Shown here: in pieces, positions 1-9,813 of the stretch
Numbering within the stretch: position 1 is the first letter of the stretch
Layout of the letters: every line of letters starts with the position of its first letter
DNA from: a virus
Direction: 5' to 3' (one strand)
DNA: 64,000 nt
IMG/VR virus record: IMGVR_UViG_3300042523_000478
Location: 1 to 64,000 of that record
Program-made: the position numbers and the translations under genes
Notes under the pieces: generated by a model
What the model was told of the DNA's origin: nothing
The model's input: the letters and a program-made list of their open reading frames with translations, nothing else
Databases searched by the model: none

Positions 1-75
1 GTTATCAACCCAAACATCATTTTCTAAAGATTGTAGAAACTTATTATCACTTTTTCTTTTAATATATTTTATCAT
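1..75 (-). CDS. 5' part of a hypothetical protein, truncated by the window edge
   Basis: ATG at 75 opens MIKYIKRKSDNKFLQSLENDVWVDN, open to position 1; directly downstream of the 95..1066 gene. Confidence 0.55.
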   Translation of the reverse strand, partial: MIKYIKRKSDNKFLQSLENDVWVDN

Positions 76-94
76 TTTTTTAATTTTTATAAAG

Positions 95-1066
95 TTAGTC
101 GTTGAAGACCTCAAAAGTTAATGTTCCATTAGAACAAAATTGATTTACTAAATTGGTCGACATTTCTAAAAGAACAGTACTATCTCCACCATCAGAGTAT
201 GTCCCTAAATAACTCATATCTGGTTCAGAGTTTAAGTAAATTATAAGTTCTGACATATCATTTACTGTACCATCCCCGTAAAGTGATTGAATGAAATTTC
301 CATTACAAAACAAAGCAATACTAGTAAGAGTAATAGGAAAAGATGTTTCTACAGTTCCACTTATTACAATTGGTGTAGTATCAGTATCTTGTAGAATTTG
401 AATCTGGACTGGAAAATAATATAAATTATCAGCAACTGTGTCAAATATTTCCGTATCAACAACCGCAACAAAAATTATGTCATCTTTCTCGTTTACAAAA
501 CTTACAGGACCTATAAAAGTCTCTAATAAGTTAGGCTCAAGTCCAAAAAACGATATTGAATTTCCACCACCTAAAACAAATGTTGTGTTTCTATTAAAAG
601 TATTATACAATGGTCCTGTGATTGAATTAAATCCTAAATAAACTCCTGCTCCAATCTCACCAGTAACCCACTCAATATCATAACCTAAATTATTTTCTAA
701 TACTTTCACCACTAAATTACCACTAGATTCTAAAGTAGAACCGTTACTCCAATTTGTTGGTGTTTCTCCTGTTGCAATAAATTCACATCCCGTTGTGTCT
801 ATAACTCCACTCGTTACATTAGCGACATTACTAAAACTATCACCACTAACATAATCGGTTATTGTATAGGTTTCGCCTATAATTAAACCATCATTAAAAT
901 CATTTAAGGTTGTACCGGTCTGAGAACCTAACTGAGTTAGTAGTGCTTTATAGGTTGCTAAATTTCCTGTTGTAACTCCGGTAACACTTAAATTTCCGTT
1001 GATAGTTATATCACCATCTATTGTTTGACCTGATAAGTTATTTACTATGTATTTTGTTGTTGCCAT
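95..1066 (-). CDS. putative virion structural / fibre-associated protein
   Basis: 323-aa T/G/S/N-rich beta-type sequence; IDGDITINGNLSVTG fibre-like segment; several [ST]GxT motifs. Confidence 0.55.
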   Translation of the reverse strand: MATTKYIVNNLSGQTIDGDITINGNLSVTGVTTGNLATYKALLTQLGSQTGTTLNDFNDGLIIGETYTITDYVSGDSFSNVANVTSGVIDTTGCEFIATGETPTNWSNGSTLESSGNLVVKVLENNLGYDIEWVTGEIGAGVYLGFNSITGPLYNTFNRNTTFVLGGGNSISFFGLEPNLLETFIGPVSFVNEKDDIIFVAVVDTEIFDTVADNLYYFPVQIQILQDTDTTPIVISGTVETSFPITLTSIALFCNGNFIQSLYGDGTVNDMSELIIYLNSEPDMSYLGTYSDGGDSTVLLEMSTNLVNQFCSNGTLTFEVFND

Positions 1067-1068
1067 TA

Positions 1069-3528
1069 TTATTCATTTATATCTTTTATTGTTAATACAT
1101 CACTTCCGTCGTAGTAAGATAACCTATCTGTTAATGCAGAATTTTTAAAAATATTACAAGTATACAACTCATAAACCGATGGTGTTTGACTAACACTAGA
1201 AACCGTAATAATAACATTATCAACACCATCAGTCCCACCAATTTGACTACCTAGTATTGTTATTGTATCACCAATAACATATAGTTTACCTGAATTATTT
1301 ACACTAACATTAATAACACTTCCACTAACCACATCAATTTGAAATAATGCGTTAACACCTATGCCATTAGTTGTACCACCAACATTACCATATGACGAAT
1401 CAGTTGCGGTGCTACCAGTTGAAGTATAAGTAATACCACTTATGTTTCCATAATTTGTGGTGAAATCAATATTATCTACATAGGTATTAACAATATTCCA
1501 TTGGAATGAATCGCCTATTGTGTTATTGTAAAAGTTATCAGGAATAGTATTATTGTAGAAATATTCACCGACGGTATTATCTGTAAAATCATTCCCAATT
1601 CTATTTCCTTGATTACTACTACCACCAAAACCAAATCCATCTTGTACATCATTAGAATTGAAATTAGTTCCTATTGTGTTGTACGAAAATACACCATAAC
1701 AAGTATTAAATGAAAAATTATCACCAATATTGTTATGTATTGTGATACCACTAAAAGAATTAGGTGAACACCCAAATCCTATATTATTATAACCAAACTC
1801 CTCAAATATATCATTACCCTTAAAATCTGTTTTAATTTGGTTACTCCAAAAATCCCCTTGAATGTCGTTACCCTTAAAATTATTCATAATTTGGTTGTTC
1901 TCAAAAAGAAGACCTAAATTATCAACTGCACCAATTGTGTTTAGGCTAAAATCATTTAATATTGAATTTTTTTTAAACACAATATATATGGTATTAGTGT
2001 TAAAATTATTTAAAATGTTGTTGTATTGAAAATTAACTTTAATTATATTATCTTCAAAAATGTTTCCAACTCTATTAGCCCTAAAATCATATGTTCCAAT
2101 AGTTAAGACGGTTCCAATTGTATTATTTACAAAAACGTGTTCAATAGTATTTTCGTAGAACTCTGAATATATGGTGTTACCATTATATCCATTCCCAATT
2201 AAATTACGATAAAATAGTGAATAACTTTCATTTTGATTATATCCATTACCAATATCATTATTATAGAAGTCATTATAAATTTTATTATTATTAAACTGAT
2301 TTCCTATTTCATTATTTTGAAAATCTGAATTAGTCCAAACATTATTATTAAAATCATTTCCAATATTGTTTCTATAAAAAGAAAACCCTAGTAAAATATT
2401 ATTGTTAAAATCACTACCAATTCTGTTGTTATTAAAATTAGAGGTGATATAGTTGTTATTAAAATTTTCACCAATTATATTTCCATCAAAATCGTCATTC
2501 GTTGAGTTTTTATAAAAACTATCTCCTATTTGATTATTATCACAATCATGATTAAATGTGTTATTATAAGAACCGTCACCTATGGTGTTGTTTATGTATG
2601 ACCCTGAAATAAAGACATTGTTTGCCAAAATAAATGGGTTCAAAAACGACCCAAGTGATAAATTTGAGTAGTTACCAACATAGTTATTAATTGCGTCACT
2701 AAATGTTGTGTATTCAAAAACTTGATCTTGTCTTACATTAGGTTGGTAATAACTCATTACACCATCATCATTTCCAGAATAATAAGGTGAGTCGGTAGTT
2801 ACACTTATTGTTACACCTGATATAATCGCCAAAGAATTGCTCACAACAGATATAACTTCAAAAAATGAAGGACTTAAATTTCGTATCGAAACAATCGACC
2901 CTGAACCAAAATTTGAGTTAAATGTTGTACCAGTATTACCATATAATACACCAGTTGTCCCTGTTAAACCACTTATTCCAACAAGACCACCTAATGGACT
3001 ATTTTCGTTATATGAATATCCATTATATCTTTTAAATAAAATACTTCTGTTATCATAATCAGTTCTATTATTAAAGTTATCAATTCTTTCAGTGATTCTA
3101 CCTTTTGCAGGACTGCTGGTTACTTCAGTTGTATTCCAAGTTATGTCGTATGTTATTTTATCATTAGTGTATAATGTAGAATATACAGTAGGTGAAAATC
3201 CCGTTGTGGATATTGCCAATAATAAAATTGGCTCTGTTGTTCCTGTTTTATAGTTACCCGTAGTAATAGGGGTTTTAGTATTATCATAATTTGGTTGGTC
3301 GTAACACGTTTGGAAGTCAGTCATCAAATAATAACTTCCAGCGGTTAGTGTTCCACCTGTTGCGAATGAATATAAATCATTGTAAGTTCCTTCGTTATAG
3401 TTTGAATTAGTGAAAGCGGAATATGATATATGATATGTATCCCCACTTAACTCTACGGGAAATAATGTATCCGTTGTTACTTCCGAAAGGTATGTTAGTT
3501 GTCCAATTGTTTTTCCTGTTAATGCCAT
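1069..3528 (-). CDS. putative tail fibre/spike with Asn-ladder beta-helix repeats
   Basis: 819 aa; fibre-anchor-like N-terminus (KTIGQLTYLSEVTTDTLFPV); many roughly 11-residue F-x-x-N-x-I-G-N repeats. Confidence 0.65.
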   Translation of the reverse strand: MALTGKTIGQLTYLSEVTTDTLFPVELSGDTYHISYSAFTNSNYNEGTYNDLYSFATGGTLTAGSYYLMTDFQTCYDQPNYDNTKTPITTGNYKTGTTEPILLLAISTTGFSPTVYSTLYTNDKITYDITWNTTEVTSSPAKGRITERIDNFNNRTDYDNRSILFKRYNGYSYNENSPLGGLVGISGLTGTTGVLYGNTGTTFNSNFGSGSIVSIRNLSPSFFEVISVVSNSLAIISGVTISVTTDSPYYSGNDDGVMSYYQPNVRQDQVFEYTTFSDAINNYVGNYSNLSLGSFLNPFILANNVFISGSYINNTIGDGSYNNTFNHDCDNNQIGDSFYKNSTNDDFDGNIIGENFNNNYITSNFNNNRIGSDFNNNILLGFSFYRNNIGNDFNNNVWTNSDFQNNEIGNQFNNNKIYNDFYNNDIGNGYNQNESYSLFYRNLIGNGYNGNTIYSEFYENTIEHVFVNNTIGTVLTIGTYDFRANRVGNIFEDNIIKVNFQYNNILNNFNTNTIYIVFKKNSILNDFSLNTIGAVDNLGLLFENNQIMNNFKGNDIQGDFWSNQIKTDFKGNDIFEEFGYNNIGFGCSPNSFSGITIHNNIGDNFSFNTCYGVFSYNTIGTNFNSNDVQDGFGFGGSSNQGNRIGNDFTDNTVGEYFYNNTIPDNFYNNTIGDSFQWNIVNTYVDNIDFTTNYGNISGITYTSTGSTATDSSYGNVGGTTNGIGVNALFQIDVVSGSVINVSVNNSGKLYVIGDTITILGSQIGGTDGVDNVIITVSSVSQTPSVYELYTCNIFKNSALTDRLSYYDGSDVLTIKDINE

Positions 3529-3541
3529 AATCTTTTTATTT

Positions 3542-3549
3542 TATAAATA
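3542..3549 (-). promoter_or_regulatory. putative phage late promoter TATTTATA
   Basis: gagaTATTTATAaaataaaaagattATG on the minus strand; same element precedes many structural genes. Confidence 0.55.
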
Positions 3550-3567
3550 TCTCTTAATTTTAGTTTA

Positions 3568-4569
3568 TTATTGGTATTTTAAATATTCTTCATTACCGGT
3601 AGATATATATTCATTATTATTTGTAATAATTGCATTATTTAAAATATCTGGACTCGGTGTAGAAGTAGGAGTAGGGGTATTTGTAGGAGTAGGTGTCGGT
3701 GTAGGAGTATTTGTTGGTGTCGGTGTAGGAGTATTTGTAGGTGTTGGTGTTGGTGTTTGTGGGTAGTATTCAATTATTTCCCACTCTAAATTACTAGGGA
3801 CAACGAATATACTACCAAATTGGTCGTTTCTAGTTAAATTATCAAAATTTTCATTTATTGTAACTTGTGTTAATCCAGTTAAACTTCCGCTAGGAATTAT
3901 CACTCCAGAATTTATGGATATTGGAGATCCACTATAAACACCAAGAATGTGATTAAAGGACATTGCAATGTCTTGGTCAACAATTTTATTTGATGTTAAA
4001 ACATAGTCAATAATAACAGAACCTGATATTATGATTACCTCAAGTATTACAGATAATGGGGCGGGTGTTGGACTTGGTGTTGATGTTGGACTTGGTGTTG
4101 GTGGGATGTAACATTGGGTTGTTGTGGTTGTAGTTAACGGATAAACCGGTGTTGTGACACAACAAGGGAATTCAGTAACATAACAACTACTATACTCCAA
4201 ATCATCCGCAATAAAACTTTCCTGAACATTAATATATAATTTATCTCTAATTGGTAAAATTAAAACTCCCTGGTCATTTCTAAATAAAAATTGTCCCTCA
4301 TATCTACCTTCTTTTCTTGTGTCATTTCCGGTAAATTGGTAATAAACATAATATTCTGGTTCGGCATTTGAATCTAATAATACTTTATTAACAAATCCTG
4401 CTGGTCTTGTGTTTATTCTTGGAATCCCTGTTGCGGTATCAACCATTGAAAAGAATATTGCAGATTCCTCAATAGTGTCCATCATTAAGTTAAAGTCGCT
4501 TCTTCCGTCCTTAACTACTTGCATTTTCAATAAAGGGAGAGTTGCGTTTTTTTTAATAAAAAATTCCAT
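3568..4569 (-). CDS. putative virion protein: BppU-like N-terminal domain plus Pro-Thr repeats
   Basis: FFIKKNATLPLLKMQ...YQFTGNDTRKEGRYEGQF resembles a baseplate upper-protein N-domain; TTTTTT and (PT)n tracts. Confidence 0.55.
   Translation of the reverse strand: MEFFIKKNATLPLLKMQVVKDGRSDFNLMMDTIEESAIFFSMVDTATGIPRINTRPAGFVNKVLLDSNAEPEYYVYYQFTGNDTRKEGRYEGQFLFRNDQGVLILPIRDKLYINVQESFIADDLEYSSCYVTEFPCCVTTPVYPLTTTTTTQCYIPPTPSPTSTPSPTPAPLSVILEVIIISGSVIIDYVLTSNKIVDQDIAMSFNHILGVYSGSPISINSGVIIPSGSLTGLTQVTINENFDNLTRNDQFGSIFVVPSNLEWEIIEYYPQTPTPTPTNTPTPTPTNTPTPTPTPTNTPTPTSTPSPDILNNAIITNNNEYISTGNEEYLKYQ
3652..3762 (-). repeat. (Pro-Thr)n / PTPTN mucin-like coding repeat
   Basis: PQTPTPTPTNTPTPTPTNTPTPTPTPTNTPTPTSTPSP. 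Confidence 0.9.
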
Positions 4570-4582
4570 TTATAGTTTTTAC

Positions 4583-4590
4583 TATAAATA
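4583..4590 (-). promoter_or_regulatory. putative phage late promoter TATTTATA
   Basis: gataTATTTATAgtaaaaactataaATG on the minus strand. Confidence 0.55.
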
Positions 4591-4596
4591 TATCAA

Positions 4597-6282
4597 TTAA
4601 CATTCTTTTCTTAATTCTGAGGGATAAAAATCAAAACGGTTGTGTTCTGTTGGTGTTAACAACAGTAAACCAGGATTTATATTACCCTTTACGGTTTCTT
4701 GATAATTATGAGACATTATTGTTTGTTCATATGGAAAATTAAATTTATTCTTAATGTAACATTTATAATTACCTTCTTTTGACATTAGGATGGGCCAATT
4801 TGACAAATATATTTCTCCACTGGAATAAGGTACACCACCCAAAGATTTAATATGTTTAAATTCAAGACAAGGGGCATCCGGGTCATATCCTTGAGTTGGT
4901 AGTTTAGATTTTTCTGGCCAGTGACTTTCTCTAAATTCTTGGGGTACGTTATACCAAGACCATTGTGTTTGATGACAACCAAAAAATTCAGTATAATTTA
5001 ATTTTAAAAAATCAAAATTTTCCTTTTTTAAAATATTTAAAGTTTTATCAAACAACCCAGTTACTTTTCTTTGAAACCCGTTTTTACAAGCACTCTCTGA
5101 ACCATTGTAGAAAAGCATATCATCTTCAAAAAAAAAGTAATACCCCAAATCCTCCTGGTCATTAAAATGTTCGGCAATAAATTGTCTTCCACCTGTGATG
5201 CCAATGTTATCTTTTTTTATATGTTCAAAACCATATTGTTGACATAAGTTATCATATCTTTGTGTTGTTGACAAATCGGTTGAGTTATTAAGTAAGTATT
5301 TTTTAGTTTTACTTAAAAATAACAAATCATAATCTAACATTGAGTCAATAAGAGTTTCAAACTGAGACGGAGAATTAAAAGTTATAACATATAAACCTAC
5401 TGTATCTAACATTTTTTTATTTGTTTGAGTAGGGAATTTTAATGTTTTTCTGAAACTTTCAATTTTAACTAAATCATTTTTTACATCCTCAAAAAACTTA
5501 TAGATTAATCCATTTGATTCTATTTTAACATAATCAATTAATGATGGATATATGTAAGTCATTATGGTAAATATACTTTCTTCAGTTCCCATATATCCCT
5601 TACTTAAGGTATCTTTAAGTAAACTATAATATAGTACATTCATTTCAGATATTATTTCTTTTGGTCCACCAAAGAAACCACCCCTTGCCACCATATCAGA
5701 ATTAGTATTACAATACTCTTTCATTTTATCATAAGAAAATCCGTGAACTTCATTAACCGCATCATATGGAAAACATATAAATGTAAAGTTGTTAAATTTA
5801 GAATCTATTTTTTCTAAAACATTATCATTGGTAAAATACCCCACACTAAGCGTGTTTGTTATTCCCGCATCAATCCAGTATAATTTTTCCGAATTAAATT
5901 TATCTAAAATCTTAGCGTCATTTAATAAAAACATTTTAGACATCACAAGAGGATTGTACATTTCTAAACCACCTTGTGTTGATTCTTTTAACCAACCAGA
6001 TTGATTATACCAATTAGGATTGGTTCTAATTTTTTGAATGTCGTTATAAAATTCATTATTTTTAAACCATTCTAAATCTCGTAAAATAAATTGGGTGTTT
6101 TCTACCTGTCTTCTTTCGGAAACAAATTTATTTAATTCCTTGTCGCCAAAAATAATAAGATTACATTTAATCTTTAGTAGTTCGTCTAATTTTTTTAAAT
6201 AATGGTCTTTGTAAGATCTAGACCAACCTTCGGTTAAGTTATCTCTACCTAAATCCCATAAACCAGTAACTAATGTTATCAT
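4597..6282 (-). CDS. HtrL/YibB (WlaTC)-like glycosyltransferase fused to a C-terminal GT-A (GT2-like) domain
   Basis: ITLVTGLWDLGR, SKMFLL, YWIDAG, GGFFGG in the N-half; YVITFN...NIGITGGR...FFEDD in the C-half. Confidence 0.65.
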   Translation of the reverse strand: MITLVTGLWDLGRDNLTEGWSRSYKDHYLKKLDELLKIKCNLIIFGDKELNKFVSERRQVENTQFILRDLEWFKNNEFYNDIQKIRTNPNWYNQSGWLKESTQGGLEMYNPLVMSKMFLLNDAKILDKFNSEKLYWIDAGITNTLSVGYFTNDNVLEKIDSKFNNFTFICFPYDAVNEVHGFSYDKMKEYCNTNSDMVARGGFFGGPKEIISEMNVLYYSLLKDTLSKGYMGTEESIFTIMTYIYPSLIDYVKIESNGLIYKFFEDVKNDLVKIESFRKTLKFPTQTNKKMLDTVGLYVITFNSPSQFETLIDSMLDYDLLFLSKTKKYLLNNSTDLSTTQRYDNLCQQYGFEHIKKDNIGITGGRQFIAEHFNDQEDLGYYFFFEDDMLFYNGSESACKNGFQRKVTGLFDKTLNILKKENFDFLKLNYTEFFGCHQTQWSWYNVPQEFRESHWPEKSKLPTQGYDPDAPCLEFKHIKSLGGVPYSSGEIYLSNWPILMSKEGNYKCYIKNKFNFPYEQTIMSHNYQETVKGNINPGLLLLTPTEHNRFDFYPSELRKEC

Positions 6283-7526
6283 AAATTTCCTGTTATTCTT
6301 TCACACCATCCTTTTGATTTGGAAAAAGGCCAGACAACCCAATATGTTGGTTTTTCTTGAGTGTTAAACTCTCTCCATATTTTTCCATATCCGTCGGAAT
6401 CATTTTTTATTCTAATTATTTCGTTAACATCAGCGTCTTGTCTAAATAAAGTTTCATCTGATTTATTATGAAACGCAACCACAAAAAATTCATAATCATT
6501 TTCTGGTATTTTATTTAATGGTAAATCAATGCAGTGTTTGAATATTTGTAAAAAACTTTTTTCCCACTCTTCCTCATTATTAAAATCATATGGGTTTGGT
6601 GGGTATTTTTTATCTATTGTATATTGTTGTATCGATCTTTTTGAAAACATAACCCCAGCATATTTTTCATAATCTTTTAAAGTCCTTTCAGTACCAAATC
6701 CGTATTTCCCTAAGTCACCATCAAAAGATTCCCCATCAATACCCAAAATTTTTCTATTCTTGGAGTGGGATGAGCTATTTTTTAGATACCATTCTTTATC
6801 GTCGTCCCATTGTTTTGTTCTACCCTTACGAGTATATTCATGCCAAATAATAACTCTATGTGGATGAAATAAATCATATCCGTGAGTATATGCCCTTACT
6901 CCTACTGAAATTTCCTCTCCGTGAAAATAATATTCTGGGTCGTGTTGGACTTCTTTTGAGAACTCCCCCAATGTAAAACAAAAATGTGCCGAATAAAATC
7001 TTGATGGGATTGGTTCCGTTAGTTCTTTCCATCCCGGTATAACTTCAGGTAAAAAGAATACAACTCCTTCAGGGGTAAATCGATCAAAAGCCATACGCCA
7101 AGGTTCTGTAACTCTACCTTCTGGGTCGTTTTCCGGGTCAAAAGATGAAACATATCCGGTTAATAATGGTTTTTTATAACCCTTTTCTTGTAATTCTTTA
7201 ATCATATTAATTAAAGTTTCATCCCAGTTTTTTTCAAAACGCATATGGGAATCTATTTGTAGGGTATATTCTTCGTTTTTATAAAGTTGTTGAACTTGGT
7301 TTCTTGCCCAACAAACTCCTGTTGATTCTTCGTGTGGTATATTTAAAATTCTAAATCTATCGTCATTTTCATATTCCGTTAAATCATCAAATTTATCTTC
7401 AGGGTGAAATTGTCTTGCAATACCTATTCTTAGGTTCTCAGGTGATTTTGCATTACCTATCATATCTTTTATTGTTGGAATTAATTGAGGGTCCCTATAG
7501 GACGCAATCTGAACAAATATTCTCAT
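6279..7526 (-). CDS. GT60-like polypeptide alpha-GlcNAc transferase (Skp1/Gnt-type GlcNAc family)
   Basis: IFVQIASYRDP, GVCWARN, YTLQIDSHMRF (DSH motif), FHGEE, HGYDLFHP, YGFGTERTLKDY. Confidence 0.8.
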   Translation of the reverse strand: MRIFVQIASYRDPQLIPTIKDMIGNAKSPENLRIGIARQFHPEDKFDDLTEYENDDRFRILNIPHEESTGVCWARNQVQQLYKNEEYTLQIDSHMRFEKNWDETLINMIKELQEKGYKKPLLTGYVSSFDPENDPEGRVTEPWRMAFDRFTPEGVVFFLPEVIPGWKELTEPIPSRFYSAHFCFTLGEFSKEVQHDPEYYFHGEEISVGVRAYTHGYDLFHPHRVIIWHEYTRKGRTKQWDDDKEWYLKNSSSHSKNRKILGIDGESFDGDLGKYGFGTERTLKDYEKYAGVMFSKRSIQQYTIDKKYPPNPYDFNNEEEWEKSFLQIFKHCIDLPLNKIPENDYEFFVVAFHNKSDETLFRQDADVNEIIRIKNDSDGYGKIWREFNTQEKPTYWVVWPFSKSKGWCERITGNL

Positions 7527-7576
7527 ATAATTTTTATTTTAAAAATAAAAACTAATGTGGGAAAATAAAGGTAAAT

Positions 7577-7798
7577 TTAACATTCATAATAGTGAAATAT
7601 TTCACACCCATTAAAGTCAACTAATTTAATTAGTAATGAATTAACATCATCTAAAGGGGGAGGTACAATAAATGTTACCGATGGTGGCATACTTGTTGAT
7701 CCAGATATTAAATAACAATATGAATTAGTACTATCACAAAGATATATATCATATGGTGATGTACCTGTTGTTCCGGATATTTCTATTTGATGTAACAT
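7577..7798 (-). CDS. small beta-rich putative virion protein
   Basis: 73 aa; ISGTTGTSPY...ISGST; KLVDFNGCE SprB-like end; preceded by TATTTATA. Confidence 0.6.
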   Translation of the reverse strand: MLHQIEISGTTGTSPYDIYLCDSTNSYCYLISGSTSMPPSVTFIVPPPLDDVNSLLIKLVDFNGCEIFHYYEC

Positions 7799-7802
7799 TG
7801 TC

Positions 7803-7810
7803 TATAAATA
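7803..7810 (-). promoter_or_regulatory. putative phage late promoter TATTTATA
   Basis: aagTATTTATAgacaATG on the minus strand. Confidence 0.5.
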
Positions 7811-7816
7811 CTTATA

Positions 7817-8794
7817 TTATAACCCAAATCTTGATTTAGTTGAGTTCCAAATTGAGGTAATTTCAGGTTCGCCTAAATCAGTATCAAATATGTCTACTAT
7901 TGCTAATCTACCGCCCCAATAATCGGCTAAATCCCATCGTTCCATTAATCGTATACCGGCACCTGATGATGTTGGTGTTCCGACATAAGATGTACTATCA
8001 ACTAATATACTATTAACATATAATTTAACAGTTGATCCATCATATGTTCCAACAATATAATACCAATTATTAGCGGTTAATGAATAACCATCGGTAACTC
8101 TCCATCCACCATTAAAGAACCCTGAACTAAAACCACCATTATTTTTACCAAGTGAATAATTTATACCTCCACCAATAAAAGTTTCAGTTACGATACAAGG
8201 TGCGCTACCTGTCTCTGTTCCGGTATAATAATGCCAAACACCAACTGTCCAAGTACTCATACTTGGTAAGCTTGTATTACATATTGCGTATTGAGATGAT
8301 GATGAAACAAAATTAAAGTATCCTCCATTGCTTGAAGACCAAGTAGGTGAATTAGTTAAAGTAAATGATTTACCCCCAATAGAATCAATCCAAGGTCCTG
8401 ACCCTGAATAATCCGCAGCATCCAAAGATAATACGGGTGAAGTAAGTGTTGAATATGAGTTCCAATACCCATTTGTTGTTAATCCTGTTGATGCGTCAGG
8501 TGCGTTATTATAATTTGAGTTTAAAAGTATGTTTGTAATATCAATAAATTCATTGTCATCAAAACCATTTGTTCTAAAAAATCCAACTGAACCTGTTACG
8601 CCAGGTACTGGTGTTGGTTGACTATCATCAGGAACAGGTTGTGCGATCACATAACCCAAATCCTCATCGGGTCCGTTCCACCACTCCATCCCTGTGAATC
8701 CGGATGTAGGAAACCCTACCGCTAAATTACCAACCTGAATTGTTCCTGATATTGTTGATCCTGTATTATACGAAAAAGGTCTTGTTGTTGCCAT
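7817..8794 (-). CDS. LamG/concanavalin A-like lectin domain virion protein
   Basis: LSLDAADYSGSG.W, NGGYFNF, WYYIVGTYDGSTVKLYVN, C-terminal WNSTKSRFGL typical of phage LamG proteins. Confidence 0.8.
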   Translation of the reverse strand: MATTRPFSYNTGSTISGTIQVGNLAVGFPTSGFTGMEWWNGPDEDLGYVIAQPVPDDSQPTPVPGVTGSVGFFRTNGFDDNEFIDITNILLNSNYNNAPDASTGLTTNGYWNSYSTLTSPVLSLDAADYSGSGPWIDSIGGKSFTLTNSPTWSSSNGGYFNFVSSSSQYAICNTSLPSMSTWTVGVWHYYTGTETGSAPCIVTETFIGGGINYSLGKNNGGFSSGFFNGGWRVTDGYSLTANNWYYIVGTYDGSTVKLYVNSILVDSTSYVGTPTSSGAGIRLMERWDLADYWGGRLAIVDIFDTDLGEPEITSIWNSTKSRFGL

Positions 8795-8823
8795 TATTGT
8801 TGTTTAACAATAAATATCAATAA

Positions 8824-9762
8824 CTATATAATTTCCATTATCTTATTATAAACCGCAAATATTGTTGGGTGACATTCAAATGTTTCTTTTTTTTCAAGAC
8901 AATTTACTAAAGATGGAATACCTTGTATCGATTCCCATTCTCTAACACCATATCTTATATCGGAAGCACAATTTAAACCACATCCACCAACTACATAATG
9001 GTATTTATATTCTTGTGAACCTTTTCTATATGGTGATCTAAACTCAGGATTTATTGAGCTACCTAATTGAATGATATCAACATCTGTTGTTCCTGCCAAA
9101 TGTAATAAACCTGAATCCATTGTGATGAAACACATAGATTTATTAATAAGATGCCAAGTTTGAGATAAACTTGTTTGATTCATTAGGTTCATACCCAATT
9201 CTATTGGAAAATTAAATACGGGTTTATCAACATTGGATCCACCAAGTTCTGATGAATCTTTACCAACTGATACAACGGCAATACCTCTTTCATTTAAAAG
9301 TTTTACAAGTAGTTGCCATTTTTTTGCGTCCCACGTTCTTGAGTTCCAGTTCTGAACGGGATGGATTAAAACATATTTTTCAGGTAAACCTTCAATTGGT
9401 TCATATTGATCTGAAATGTAATCCAATTCCATTTCATCTTTGCTTAACATAAACCCAAGATTAATCGCATGGAATTGTCTAATGTCCATTGCGTTATGTT
9501 TATAACAAACCCCATTTGGATGATATCCAATATTAAATGAATTAAAGATTTCGTATTCTTCTCTTTGTTCATCATTTATTGGGTTGAGTGATTCGTTATA
9601 AACTACATCCACATATGGGTTATTTGAAAATAGATATGGGTGGTGTGTCATCACCGAAATTTTTTTACCGTAAGAATTATAAAGTTTTCTTAACGTTGGT
9701 GTTACCGATAAAGTGTCACCTAACGCCCTACACCCTAACACATCAATACAAACATCTTTCAT
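8824..9762 (-). CDS. GT9-like (heptosyltransferase-fold) glycosyltransferase with C-terminal Cys cluster
   Basis: ALGDTL, YVLIHP...SRTW, FITMDSGLLHLAG; CGLNC...C...FECHP. Confidence 0.75.
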   Translation of the reverse strand: MKDVCIDVLGCRALGDTLSVTPTLRKLYNSYGKKISVMTHHPYLFSNNPYVDVVYNESLNPINDEQREEYEIFNSFNIGYHPNGVCYKHNAMDIRQFHAINLGFMLSKDEMELDYISDQYEPIEGLPEKYVLIHPVQNWNSRTWDAKKWQLLVKLLNERGIAVVSVGKDSSELGGSNVDKPVFNFPIELGMNLMNQTSLSQTWHLINKSMCFITMDSGLLHLAGTTDVDIIQLGSSINPEFRSPYRKGSQEYKYHYVVGGCGLNCASDIRYGVREWESIQGIPSLVNCLEKKETFECHPTIFAVYNKIMEII

Positions 9763-9813
9763 TCTATAATAATATGAACTTCACAATTAAAATGTATGTT
9801 TTATTTTTATAGT

